Positions 1 through 12,429 of a stretch of DNA of 64,000 nt are shown here, piece by piece; position 1 is the stretch's first letter; each line of letters starts with the position of its first letter. This DNA comes from Octopus sinensis (Eukaryota). Made by a program: the position numbers and the translations under genes. Location of the stretch: assembly GCF_006345805.1 (NCBI RefSeq), contig NC_043020.1, positions 26,226,001 to 26,290,000 on the forward strand, in the 5' to 3' direction. The notes below the pieces were generated by a model that worked only from the letters and a program-made list of their open reading frames with translations, searched no databases and had not been told where the DNA came from.

Positions 1-249
1 AATACACATGCATGCACACACATGCAAACTTGCAGTCCCATGCACACAGACAGACACACACATGTTTGCGTAAACTTGCAGTCTCATACTCGCACAGTCA
101 TCCAGCCCCTCACACATGCACACACTGCCACACACATTCATGCACACACATGCATGGCAACACGGTTACACAAGCACCCAGTCTTTACAGAGTGTACTAG
201 GTGCTTTTTTTTCATGGCACCATCATTTACAGGATCACCATCACTATGA

Positions 250-465
250 TCATCATCTTCATCATTTAGTGACCGCTTCTCATGCCAGCATGGGTCAGAT
301 GGTTTGACAGGAGCTGGTCAGCTGCAGGGCTGCCAGGGCTCCATGTCTGTTTTGGTTTGGTTTCTATGGCTGGATGCCCTTCCTAATGCCAACTACTTTA
401 TGGTATGTACGGGGTACTTGTATGTGGCACCGATTTGGGTGCTCTTTATGTGGCACCAACACCCA
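250..465 (-). mobile_element. Family A (RTE-clade LINE 3' end), degenerate copy
   Basis: (CAT)n tail followed by the family-A block gctggatgcccttcctaatgccaac, shared with the copies at 3247-3550 and 7976-8543. Confidence 0.65.
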
Positions 466-586
466 TGAGACTGCATAAAGGCAAAGAAAAAGGCTCCATG
501 TCTTTTACCAAAGTGGCTGTAATAGGGAGAGAGGTGGGCATTGCACCAGGTAAGATAAAGGTTGAGTTACCTTCTGGGGTCATACT

Positions 587-830
587 GACTCATAAGGGCC
601 GGTTTCCCAGTTTCCATGGAGTATAAGTTCCCTAAGTTCCCCACCTGGACGGGGACACCAGTCTGTTGCAGGGTCACTTATCTTTGCCAGCTGAGGGGAC
701 TGGAGCATCGTGAAATGAAGTGTTTTGCTCAAGAGCTCAAGAACACAATGTGTTGCCCAGTCCAGGAATCGAAACCACAATCTTACAATCACGAATCCAA
801 CATCCTAACCACTAAGCCATGTGCCTCCAC
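587..830 (-). mobile_element. tRNA-derived SINE, family G head with CORE-like body
   Basis: The minus strand starts gtggaggcacatggcttagtggttagg (A box) and has ggtttcgattcc (B box). The body aagtgttttgctcaag resembles the CORE domain, and the tail is shared with 39131-39430. Confidence 0.75.
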
Positions 831-1190
831 CTCCAAGATTGAAACAGTAATTATTAACATTTTTTTGTCGCCCTCATTCCCCCTGGTTACCTAAGTTCTT
901 ATGCCTAGTGTCCACCTAAGTGGTGGGTGAGGTACCACGACTAAACTAATTTAATATGGATGATAATTTATAAATTTTACTGTAAAAATGGATTGCATCA
1001 GCTCTGAGCTGTGAACAGACAAAAAATTAATTAAGACAAATGAAAATTTACTTCATTACACTGCCAATTAATAATTTCCCTCTCCCTGATGAGATCTCAT
1101 TTTATTTTAATAACCATCACTAGTTTTGTCATGTGTAATTTAATTAATACTATTGGTAAAATTTAGTATTTTAATTGTAGTACCTCACTA

Positions 1191-1819
1191 GCAGTAAGCT
1201 GGCAGAAACGTTAGCGCGCCAGGTGAAATGTTTAGCGGTATTTCGTCTGTCTTTACGTTCTGAGTTCAAATTCCACCGAGGTCGACTTTGCCTTTCATCC
1301 TTTCGGGGTCGATAAATTAAGTACCAGTTACGCACTGGGGTCGATATAATCAACTTAATCTGTTTGTCTGTCCTTGTTTGTCCTCTCTGTGTTTAGCCCC
1401 TTGTGGGTAATAAAGAAATAGGTATTTTGTCTGTCTTTACGTTCTGAGTTCAAATTCCATTAAGGTCGACTTTTTCCTTCATCCTTTTGGGGTCGATAAA
1501 TTAAATGCCAGTTGTGTACTGAGGTTGATTTAATCGACTGCCCCCCTCCCCCAAAATTTCAGGCCTTGTGTCTAGAGTAGAAAAGAATATTCAAAGACGG
1601 CAAGCTAACAACAGAAATGTTAGCACGCCAGGTGAAATGCTTAGCAGTATTTCATCTGGCAGTATTTCATTCTGAGTTCAAATTCCACCAAGGTCGACTT
1701 TGTCTTTTATCCTTTCGGGGTCAATAAATTAAATGCCAGTTGTGTACTGGGGTTGATATAATCGACTCGACCCCTCCCCTCAAAATTCCGGGCCTTGTGC
1801 CTAGAGTAGAAAAGAATTA
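1191..1819 (+). mobile_element. Three tandem or partial copies of SINE family B (Deu/Nin-like central domain)
   Basis: Repeated ttctgagttcaaattccac...gtcgactttgcctttcatcctttcggggtcgataaattaagtaccag; more than 12 copies occur in the window. Likeness to the Deu/Nin domain is from memory. Confidence 0.85.
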
Positions 1820-2369
1820 TAGTACCTCATTGCCTCCGAAAGCCTAATTTCCCCTTTGACATGCCCAGTGCCTCCTTACAGGTGGTACTGCCCATATTGA
1901 AAAGCTCTGGGTTAAAGTACACTAGAGGTACACGTAACAAGTGTTGTACTACTTTAAAGATTAATGGCCAACCTGCTTTATATAAGAATTGATGGGCATG
2001 GTTGGAAAGAGAGATAAAGATGGTCGTAGTGAGATATGGCTCGCGTGTGTGAGTGCATCAGGCACAAGCCTTTAGTAAACAATCAAGATAGGCAATTAAA
2101 TTTAATGTCAACAAAAGCCTTATCTCCATGGTGCTACATGTAAAGATATTTCGACAGCTAAACAAATATATACTCATACACACATACACTGCATATCTTG
2201 TATATAATAACCAGAACTTTTGATCTATTTATCTGCACTTAGATCTTCTGCTTCTACAGCATATACACAGAAAACAAAATCAGGAAGAGTGATACATTTA
2301 TACACAGTAGTGTTTGACTTGTTTCATTGTGCAGGTCAACAGCCGACACACTTTGTGTGTATATATATA

Positions 2370-2772
2370 TTATATATTTGTGAAAAGGGTTGATGTTGTC
2401 TCACAAGCAGTTGTGCAGGCGAAAGTGTTACTAAATGTGGTCGGATTGACCTGAAAATTTGCACACCTATGCTAAAAGTGCTTGAGGTTTGCGTGGCAAA
2501 TTTGAGTTTGCTCAACTGAAAGGTGTGGCCTCTAGGGCAAAATTCTTCATCTTTAAATGTGGCCCAAGTAGAACCAAATGAAATCGGGTTATAATCTACT
2601 TATATATTTGTGAAAAGGGTGGATGTTGTCTCACAAGCAGTTGTGCAGGTGAAAGCATTACTAAATGTGTTCGGATTGACCTGAAAATTTGCACACCTAT
2701 GTTAAAAGTGCTGCAGATTTGCATGGCAACTTTGTGTTTGCTCAGTTGAAAGGCGTGGCCTCTAGGGCAAAA
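2370..2772. repeat. Two ~172 bp diverged direct repeats (2370-2542, 2600-2772; period 230)
   Basis: Both start ttatatatttgtgaaaagggt and end ggcctctagggcaaaa; about 90% identical by eye. Confidence 0.9.
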
Positions 2773-3246
2773 GTAAAGGTTCTCTTCAATCGATTTGGGG
2801 GTGTGGAGGTTGTGTTTTTAGCACGATTTCAATAAAACGCATGACTGCATGATCTTTGGGCTCTTTTGTACCAAATATAGGCAAAAAGTTTTGGAAATTT
2901 TCGCAAACAAGGCAAGATTTATTAAAAAAAACTTGTACTGGTCACATACATACTGTATGTATGTGTGTATTTATGTATGTATATGTGAGGAGCTTACTTT
3001 CAAAACCGGTTCAAGTGCATAATTGGTCGATTTCATGATAGCCATTAAAACACAATCTGCAAGCTGCTGGCTTCACGCCCGTGAAATTTTTTTCTCAGTC
3101 CGACTGAGACAGATGCCATACAGTCAGGAGGTGAATCTTGGTCTTCCGAACACAATCAGACATATTCGAGTTGTTGTTTCCTCAATTGCTCAAAAGTCAT
3201 TCTGGTGCATATGTCTGGTTTCCAAAGTAAGCTGTTTCATATGGAA

Positions 3247-3550
3247 GCAATGACCGAGATCTTTGGCATTATGTTGTGGCTGAGAAGAAGATCCATCAAG
3301 CCGAGCAAAATCACAGTCGTGGTAGATGTTGTTGTCATGCCAACTGACACCCATGTCGATGGCATGTAAAAGCACCCATTACACTTTCAGAGTGGTTGGC
3401 GTTAGGAAGGGCCTCCAGCCGTAGAAAACCATGCCGAATCAGACTGGAGTCTGGTGCAGCCTTCCAGTGTGCCAGCCCAGTCTAACCGTCCACCCCATTC
3501 CAGCATGGACAACGGACGTTAAATGATGATGATGCTGATGATGATGATGA
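3247..3550 (+). mobile_element. Family A, RTE-clade LINE 3' end
   Basis: Encodes DRDLWHYVV (the RTE C-terminal DRxxWRxxV motif), then 3' UTR with gttggcgttaggaaggg and a (GAT)n tail. Confidence 0.8.
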
Positions 3551-3577
3551 CACACTTGCACACACAAGTAAATATAT

Positions 3578-3728
3578 GATAGGCTTCTTTCAGTTTCCAT
3601 CTGCCAAATCCACTCACTTTCTTTGAGGCTGCAGTAAAAGAAATTTAACCTATGGTGCCATGCAGTGGGACTGAACCTGGCACCATGTGGTTGGAAAGCA
3701 AGCTTCTTACCGCACAGCCACGCCTGCG
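3578..3728 (-). mobile_element. SINE family C head
   Basis: Reverse complement of the family-C head seen intact at 7042-7205. Confidence 0.8.
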
Positions 3729-4067
3729 CTTTTTCCGACAGATCTTTTTATTTTCCGGATTCGTAATCTAATGAGCGAAATTTACAAAGAATAAAATTTG
3801 ATAAAAACGAGTGAAAAACGGAGATATTTACGGCAGGTTGTGTACTCACTCAGAAATAGAAAAGGGGTGGGGGGAGAATGTGCAGGGGTGGGTGGGAGAA
3901 TGTGCAGGGTGGGTGGGGTGGGGGTGGGTTGAAAAATGGAAAGAAGTTATTTTGAGGAATATTTTTGGTAGAATAGTAATCTCTGATGTTCCAAAGATAG
4001 AATTCCAAAGAAATTTAAGAGGAGGAAAAAAAGAAATTAATAGAAGGGCAAGGTTACCCACCCGTAA

Positions 4068-4845
4068 AATGTGTGTGTGTATGTATGTGTATGTGTGAGT
4101 GTGTGCATATATGTACATGTGTGTGTGAGTGTATATATACTTGAATGTGTGTGTGGCTATATTTGAATGTATATGTATGTATTTGTGTGTATTTTTATGT
4201 GTTTGTTCGCGCATATAAATATATATGTAATTGTGTGTGTGTGTATATATATATAAATTGATATGTATGTGTGTATATATTTGTATGTATCTACATGTTT
4301 ATGTGTGTATGTATGTGATTATATTCCTGTGTATAGGAGTGTATATTTTTGAGGCATGTGTATATATGTGTGAATATATGCATCATATTTGTTTACATGT
4401 ATATGTGCATATGTATGTATGTGTATATATGTAACACGTATATGTGCATGTATATCACCATAATCATATAATATGATGATATAAATAATTGTATGTGAGA
4501 TATATATGTGTGTGTGTACATGTCTGTCTGTTAGATATATATGGGTATGTGATATGTGTGTACATGTGTGTGTGATATGCCTGTACATGTGTGCGCGTGA
4601 TATATATGCCTATGTGTGTGATGTATGTATGTGTATGTATGCATGTGTATGTGTGTGTGGGATATGTGTGTGTGTGTGTGTGTGTGTACGTGTCTGTGTG
4701 TACGTGTCTGTGTGTGAGATATATTTGGGTATGTGATATATATATGTATGTATATTAACAGACATATATGTGATATATATATGTATGTCTGTTAATATAT
4801 GTGTTTAAGATATATATCTTTGTGGGTGTATATATAATAAACATC

Positions 4846-4878
<33 letters not shown>

Positions 4879-4880
4879 AT
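4068..4880. repeat. Compound (TG)/(TA) microsatellite tract
   Basis: Degenerate dinucleotide runs. Confidence 0.95.
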
Positions 4881-5339
4881 GATATTTTTTTTTCCTAGTT
4901 TCAGCTCAGAGCTGCGGCCATTTATTTATATAATTATATAATGTGTGAGTTTTGTCTTACATTAAGTACAAGCTTAATACAAAAAACCAAAGTACAAATG
5001 TATTCTTAGACTTGTCCAGTGGTTCTCAACAATTTTTTACCGATAGACCTCTTTCACACCAGTATTATTATTGAAGGCAGTAAGGCAGCCACTTGGCGGA
5101 ACCATTAGCGCACCAGTTGCTATGTGTAGCAGCATTTCATATTTCTTCACATTCTGAGTTCAAATTCCACCAAAGTTGACTTTGTCTGTGTCATCATCAT
5201 TTAGTGTCTGTTGTCCATGTTCTGGACAGCTTGACTGGGCTGGCATGCTGGAAGGCTGCACCAGACTCCAGTCTGATTTGGCATGGTTTTCCGCAGCTGG
5301 ATGCCCTTCCTGATGCCATCTTCACATTCCATGACTACC

Positions 5340-5480
5340 ATTGGGATCAATCATGACCCGGAGTAGAATTCTGGATTATTTTTCCGTTTTCTTTTTCGTT
5401 TTGTGACTTAATTCTTGAGAGTGGTCCAGTTCATTTTTAGTATTTTCATTTATGAGAGTAGTCGAGTTTTAAAATGAGAA
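5340..5480 (-). mobile_element. Fragment of HINE-like family E
   Basis: Reverse-complement similarity to 10245-10380. Confidence 0.55.
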
Positions 5481-5499
5481 CATTATTATTATTATTATT

Positions 5500-6025
5500 G
5501 AGTGAGAGAGCAGTTCATGCCATCAAAGTGACACTGGGGTAAAATATACGAAGCCCAATATACCCATCATGACTACCCATCTGATAAGGGTACACCAGGC
5601 ACATGCATTACAACCATATGTGCACGACATGGTGATCTCATATCAAGATAAACAGTGCATGACTTTGCAGGTGGTGCCCAGTTAGAAATTTCTTCTGGTC
5701 GAGTAGCCCATCCCACTCAAAAAGGGTTGTTTAAGGATGTTGAAAGAACCACCCATGTTTCCAGAGGTGAATTATCCAAACCCCAAAGAATCCCTCTCAA
5801 CACATGGCTATGATGCTCCCCCACTACTTCTGCTCATGATCAGAGATACACATATTGCCAGCCACTAAGGGACATGCTCAACTGGTTAAGGTCAAACAAC
5901 TGACAAGCAAATCTGTGGTATTGAGCAAAATATTTGCTGTAGCCCATCTTTTATACCAAGACAAAACAATGTACATGATAACACTTCCAATCAGTTAAGA
6001 TCAGAAGCCATGAGAGCCACTGCCT

Positions 6026-6026
<1 letters not shown>
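5500..6026 (-). mobile_element. Family D unclassified retroposon 3' part with (AAT)n tail
   Basis: gagtgagagagcagttcatgccatcaaagtgacactggggtaaaatatacg... recurs at 11541-11718, 12878-13178 and 56290-56415. It usually abuts (ATT)n and is variably truncated at the far end. Confidence 0.75.
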
Positions 6027-6084
<58 letters not shown>

Positions 6085-6202
6085 TATTATTATTATACCA
6101 CATATTGTTCTATGATTAACAAGTCTATAGCCAATAAGTTTAATTTGTTTTTTTTTTCTTTTTTAGTCTATTGTTATTGGAGTTTATTTCAGATATTATC
6201 AT

Positions 6203-6279
6203 TTTAAAAATCATCTCTGGCTAATCATTGAGAGGACGTTGGTGTTGCCTTGGCGGAGGTTTGCACTCTCTGAGTGCTC

Positions 6280-6284
<5 letters not shown>
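6203..6284 (-). mobile_element. 5' end fragment of HINE-like family E
   Basis: Reverse complement of 10166-10240, including ggcggaggt. Confidence 0.75.
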
Positions 6285-6313
<29 letters not shown>

Positions 6314-6502
6314 CATCATCATCATCATTATTATTATCATCATTATTATTATTATTAATATTATTATTATTATTATCATTCTTCTTATCATTATTAGTAT
6401 AATTAGTATTATTGTTATTATTATTATTATGTTACACATTGTGCTATGATTAACAAGTCTATAGACAATAAGTTTCTTTTGTTTTTTTTTTCTTTTTTAG
6501 TC

Positions 6503-6535
<33 letters not shown>

Positions 6536-6859
6536 CGAGCTCTCTAATTAATACTTAATAAAATAAGCCAATTTTAAGTAGTAATCTCCACCATTTTCTG
6601 TGGCTTCTCTCTCTTAATGTGTTGTGTCTATATCGTAGCATGCATGCGTATATGTGTGCAGGTGTGTATATATATGTGCATTGTAAGCTGTTATGTACCA
6701 CCAGATTTGATGTCGGTCTTCTGTCCTCGGAAAAGAGTTTGTGGCGTGAGCTAAATGACTGTAGAGGCCTCTTACACATACATACATTACTAACATACAT
6801 AACATACATATATATACGGTAACATTTTTTTGATTAGAGATTTCAGATTTTAGAACCAT

Positions 6860-6892
<33 letters not shown>

Positions 6893-7620
6893 AAAATATT
6901 AGAAAAAAAACACCTTGTATCAATTCAAAATGAATAATCAAATTACACCATCTAGAAAATTACATATAATAGAAAAGTTAAAAATAAAAATAACAATTAA
7001 AAAGTAAAGATTAAGTAAATTACTAAAATAATATAATGTATATAGGCACAGGAGTGGCTGTGTGGCAAGTAGCTTGTTTACCAACCACATGGTTCCAGGT
7101 TCAGTCCCACTGCGTGGCACCTTGGGCAAGTGTCTTCTACTATAGCCTCGGGCCGACCAAAGCCTTGTGAGTGGATTTAGTAGATGGAAACTGAAAGAAG
7201 CCCGTTGTATATATGTATATATATATATGCGTGCGTGTGTCTGTGTTTGGCCCCCCTAGCATTGCTTGACAACCGATGCTGGTGTGTTTATGTCCCCGTT
7301 ACTTAGCAGTTCGGCAAAAGAGACCGATAAAACAAGTACTGGGCTTACAAAAGAATAAGTCTCGGGGTTGAGTTGCTCGATTAAAGGCGGTGCTCCAGCA
7401 TGGCCGCAGTCAAATGACTGAAACAAGCAAAAGAGTAAAAGAGAGTATATAATATGTATATAATATCTACATATTATATACATTATATTATTCTTGTAAT
7501 TTACTTAATCTTGACTTTTGTTATTTGAATTTTAACTTTTCTATTATATGTAATTTTCTAGATGGTGTAATTTAATTATTCATTTTGAATTGATAAAAGG
7601 TGTTTTTTTTCTAATATTTT
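6893..7620. repeat. ~150 bp AT-rich inverted repeat (6893-7042 / 7476-7620) enclosing a SINE
   Basis: aaaatattagaaaaaaaacacctt...aatataatgtatat is reverse-complemented on the right; about 90% identity with one short indel. Confidence 0.9.
7042..7445 (+). mobile_element. Full-length CORE-type tRNA SINE family C with internal (TA)(TG) microsatellite
   Basis: Head with gtggctgtgtgg (A box-like) and ggttccaggttcagtccc (B box-like), CORE-like ggcaccttgggcaagtgtctt, an internal microsatellite, and a tail ending gactgaaacaag(c/t)aaaagag. Confidence 0.9.
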
Positions 7621-7712
7621 ATATATATTTATTATATTGTGTGGAATTTGATTTAGTATTTCTAAATTGAATTCTTTTTCCTTGTAAGTTTGGATTTTAT
7701 TCCCTGAAATAA

Positions 7713-7751
<39 letters not shown>

Positions 7752-7975
7752 TTTTCTTATGTATACACACATTTACTACATACAGACACGAACACAGCTA
7801 TATAGCATATACATTAAATATACACTCGCATACAAACACACAGACATGCATTATATACATGCATTTATTAAATGCATATTTTCATATATGCATCACATAT
7901 GCATGCATGCACAACACATATACATATACAATCACACACACACACAGATATAGATTTTATACACTTGTATATGTC

Positions 7976-8543
7976 ATCATCATCATCATTTAACGTCCGC
8001 TTTCCATGCTAGCATGGGTTGGACGGTTCGACCGGGTCTGGGGCGCTAGGAAGCTGCACCAGGCTCCAGTCTGATCTGGCCGTGTTTCTACAGCTGGATG
8101 CCCTTCCTAACGCCAACCACTCCGTGAGTGTAGTGGGTGCTTTTTATGTGCCACCGGCACAAGGGCCAAGGGAGGCTGGCAACCGCCATGATCGGTTGGT
8201 GCTTTTTACGTGCCACTGGCACAGGAGCCAGTCAAGGCAGCACTGGCATTGGCCACGTTCGGATGGTGCTTTTTAGGTGCCACCGGTACATGTATCCAAC
8301 TACAATTTCCATTTGATTTTTATTTTGATGTTGATGTACTTGACTCAATGGGTCTCCTCGAGCACAGCAGGTTGCCCTACGATCCAAGGTAAGCGCAGCA
8401 GGTCGTTCTGCAATCCAAGGTACTTTGGATGGGCTGGGGCTGCTATGTGAAGCTGGTGCAGGAAACAGCCATGGACTCATGTTATTTGTCGGATCTTCGC
8501 AGTCACAGCATATCTCCAGAGGTCTCAGTCTTTTGTCATTGCC
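7976..8543 (-). mobile_element. Family A, RTE-clade LINE 3' end
   Basis: The minus strand encodes AMTKD*DLWRYAVTAKIRQIT*, then 3' UTR, the palindrome ccatgctagcatgg and a (GAT)n tail. Confidence 0.85.
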
Positions 8544-8544
8544 T

Positions 8545-9860
8545 CTCCCTTTCTAGCCTTGCCTTCTCTCTACCTCCCTCTATCTTTCCCTCTCACCTAC
8601 TCTTTACCTCCCTCTATCTTTCCCTCTCACCTACTCTTCTCTCTCTCTCTTTATATATCAATGACACTGCAAACATCTCTCTTGCACGATATATATCTTC
8701 CTCTCTTTCACCTGGCTAGAACATGATTAGTTGAGACAATGATAGTGCTGTTGTTTTTATTTAACCCAGGGTCAAAGTACCTCCAGCAGACCTCTGATCT
8801 GGTAGCTGTTGAAGTACTAGTAGTAGTAGTAGTAGCAGCAGCATTAATTGTAATACAAGTATTATTGATAATTATAATCACAATAGTAGTGACAATAGTA
8901 GTAGCAGCAGTGGTGTTAGTAGTAGTAGTAGTAGTAATTGTAGTGAGAATGGTGGTTCCGGCTGTAGTGGTAGTTGCAGTGGTTTGTGGTAATGTTAGTA
9001 GTACAGGCAGTTGTAATAATAGTAGCAGCAGTGGTGTTAGTAGTGGTGGTGGTAATAAAAATCATTTCTGCTTTATTCATTCATGATCCCTGAGGTGAGT
9101 TGAGTTTCCTGCTCAAGGATCTCATTATCAAATACAATATAAACAGGCTCTTATTTCTTCCCCCCTCTCTCTCTCTCTCTCTCTGTACAACCCTCTCTTT
9201 ACTTTTACCCCCTCTCTCTCTCTGTCTTTGCTTTCTCCCTTCCTCCCTCTGTCTTTACCTCTTCCCTTCCCTCTTTCTCTCTTGCCATCTTACGCTCTTC
9301 TCTCTTATTATCTCCCTCTCTCTGTCTTTATCTCTCTATCTTTTCTCCTCCCTTTACTATTTCTCTGTATCTTTACCGCCTTCCCTCTTTCTCTCTCTCC
9401 TCTCTCTCCCATTATCTCCCTCTCTCTGTACCTCCCTCTCTAGCTTCGCCTTCTCTCTACCTCCCTCTATCTTTCTCTCTCACCTACTCCTCTCTCTCTC
9501 CTTATGTATTTATCTACATCTTTATTTCCTCTCTCTCTCTCTCTTTCTTTACCTCCCTCTTTCTAGATTCTTCCTTCTCTCTCTTTTTATCTTCTCTCTA
9601 TTTTGACTTTCTTCTCTCCCTATTCTCTCCATCTCTCCTACATCCCCCTCTCTGTTACTCTGTCTATCTTTCCTCTCTTTCTCTCCTTGATTCCATCAAT
9701 CAGACATAAATGATATTTATCAATACTGTCCATTGTCCGTATCTTTGAGAACTGTATGAGGAGGAGGAAGAGAGAGAGAGTGAGAGAGAGAGGCGAAGAG
9801 AGTAAGAGAGAGGGGCGAAGAGAGAGTGAGAGAGAGAAAGAGAGAGGATATAGCCAGTAA
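8545..9860. repeat. Low-complexity (CT), (TAG) and (GA) tracts
   Basis: Pyrimidine-rich and (TAG)n runs, with a ~60 bp block repeated near 8545 and 9430. Confidence 0.9.
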
Positions 9861-9954
9861 TGCTGCCTGTGATTCTTGGTGTTCAGGTGATAGTAGTAGT
9901 AGTGGTCGTGGTATTGGTTGTAGTAGTAGTAGTATTTGTCCTTTGTGTTGATTA

Positions 9955-10125
9955 GCAGAAGGCCTGAAACATTTTCGAGGGCAGTGGTACTTATTATATC
10001 AACCCTGAAAGGATGAAAGGCAAAGTTGACCTCGGTGGAATTTGAACTTAGAATGTAACGGCAGATGAAATACTGATAAGTATTTTGCCCAGCATGCTAA
10101 TGATTCTGCTGGCTCACTGACTTAA
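9955..10125 (-). mobile_element. SINE family B, partial
   Basis: aaaggatgaaaggcaaagttgacctcggtggaatttgaact is the reverse complement of the family-B core. Confidence 0.8.
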
Positions 10126-10165
10126 TGAAATAATAATGATGATAATAATAATAATAATAATAATA

Positions 10166-10522
10166 AAAACACTTAGAGCACTAACCTCCGCCAAAGCAAC
10201 ACCAATGTCCTCTCAATGATTAGCTGGAGATGATTTTTAAAATGAGAATATTTGAAATAAACTCGACTGCTCTCACAAACAAGAATACTAAAAATGAACC
10301 TGACCGCTCTCAAAAATTTAGTAAAAAAGACGGAAATTTTAATCTAGAATCCTTGTCCAGCACTGGTTTGATCCCAAAATTTAATCATTTTGTGCCAATC
10401 ATGAGGCCAAACATCCCTGAAAGTTTCATCTGAATCCATCCAGCGGTTCTTGAGATATCTTGTCCACGGACAAACAAACATCACTGAAAACAATACCTCT
10501 GCTTTCGCTAAGGCAGAGATAA
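10166..10522 (+). mobile_element. Non-autonomous Helentron/HINE-like element (family E), apparently complete
   Basis: 5' acctccgcc motif (10184-10192) and 3' hairpin acctctgc-tttcgctaag-gcagagat (10495-10520), flanked by (TAA)n. The class assignment is an inference. Confidence 0.6.
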
Positions 10523-10699
10523 TAATAATAATTCTTTCTACTATAGGTACAAGGTCTGAAATTTTTTGGGAAGGGTCTTGTTGATTACATGGATCCTGCT
10601 GTTCTACTGCTACTTATTTTATTGACCCCAGATAGATGAAAGGCAAAAAATCAACCCCAATGAAATTTATGTGTATGTGAAATTTATGTTTATTGTGAT

Positions 10700-11125
10700 G
10701 CTCTTATTTTTACTGTATTGAAAGTGTTTTACATAGGATGTGTGCAGTGCCTAGTAGTGCAATTTTCTGTATGTTATATATATTTGTTAGTCTTGGTGTT
10801 TTTGTTAGGCATTTGTCTGAATATTTTTTTATCATACCTAATGCACCCATTATGATAGGAATTGTTTCTGTTTTTAGATTCCACATTCGAGTTACCTCTA
10901 TTTCCTGGTTTTTGTATTTTGAAAATTTCTCCATTTCTTTTAGAGAAATGTTGTCATCTATCGATAATTAATATATCAATTAGAAAACATTTTTCCTTGA
11001 TGATCTCTGACAACTATATCTGGACTATTAGCCTTAATTTCTCTGTGTGTATTGGCATATCCCAGAGTATGGTTGCTTTCTAATTTTTGTGACCTTTTCT
11101 GGTATGTTCCTATACCTTCTTCTTC
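10700..11125 (-). mobile_element. 5'-truncated R4/Dong-clade LINE remnant (restriction-like endonuclease domain, frameshifted)
   Basis: Minus-strand peptides ATILWDMPIHT, EIKANSPDIVVRDHQGK and KEMEKFSKY...EIEVTRMWNLKTETIPIIMGALG...IQKIALLGTAHIL match the PD..D/KxxKY signature of RLE LINE C-termini. Confidence 0.85.
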
Positions 11126-11930
11126 TGGCAAGCTGGCAGAATCATTAGCATGCTGGGTGAAATGCTTACAGGCATTTTATCTGGGTTCAAATGCTGCCAT
11201 GGTTGACTTTGTCTTTCATCCTATCGGCTTTTAATAAACTAAGTACCGGTTGAGTACGGTGGTCACCGTAATCAACTTACCCTCTCGCCTAAGATTTCAC
11301 CCATCACTATGTTCTGGGTTCCAATTCCACCGAGGTCAACTTTACCTTTCATCCTTTCAAGGTCGATTATTTAAATACCAGTGAAACACTAGGGATGGTG
11401 TAATTGATACATCTCCTCCCCCAAAATGGCTGCCCTTGTGAAAAAATTTGAAACCCTTATTATTATTATTACTATTATTATTATTATCATTATTATTATT
11501 ATTATTAATTACCATCATCATTATTATTATTATTATTATTGAGAGAGAGAGCAGTTCATGCCATCAAAGTGACACTGGGGTAAAATATACGAAGCCCAAT
11601 ATACCCATCATGACTACCCGTCTGATAAAGGTACACCAGGCACATGCATCACAACCATATGTGCACGAAAACAGCACATGACCTTGCAGGTGGGGCCCAG
11701 TTAGAATTTTCTTCAGGTTGTTAGCACACCAGGCAAATACTTAGCAGTATTTCGTCTGTCTTTATGTTCTGAGTTCAAATTCCACCGAAGTCGACTCTAC
11801 CTTTCATCCTTTCAGGGTTAATAAATTAAATACCAGTTAAACTCTGTGGGGTCAATGTAATCAACTGTCCTCCCCTTCTCCCCCTCCCCCCAAATTTCAG
11901 GCCTTGTGCCTATAGTTGAAAAGATCATTA
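11125..11930 (+). mobile_element. Cluster of SINE B fragments plus a family D fragment (11541-11718, minus)
   Basis: Family-B core motifs near 11130-11260, 11310-11450 and 11720-11930. Confidence 0.75.
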
Positions 11931-12329
11931 TTCTCCTTAATAGTAGTCATATTAACACCGCAAGGTCGCAGCAGCAGCAGCAGCAGCCATGATGATGATG
12001 ATGATGATGGTGCCGTTCTAAGCCTGATAATTAGAAAGTATTAAAGAGGTTTTTTTTTTTTTTGGTTTTTGTTTTGCGATAGATAAAGATCAATGCTGTT
12101 TTCTAAAGAAACACAACACTGTCTTGAAGACAAGCTAACCCCGCCCACCACCACTTCCTGCACCACCACCACCACCACCACCACCCACCCCACACACACA
12201 CCACGCTTTTATTGATTTCTGTTTAGAATAATTAATTACCGTTTCTCCCACCTTTTCCCTCCCTCCCTCCCTCCCTCCACACCATTATTATGTTACATTA
12301 ACCACTTTTTTTTTATATTTGTATTTACA

Positions 12330-12373
<44 letters not shown>

Positions 12374-12383
12374 AACACACACA

Positions 12384-12429
<46 letters not shown>

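Noticed and set aside
1084-1100. ctgatgagatctc as a hammerhead (also on the minus strand near 36320)
   Set aside because: No downstream stem II closure or GAAA.
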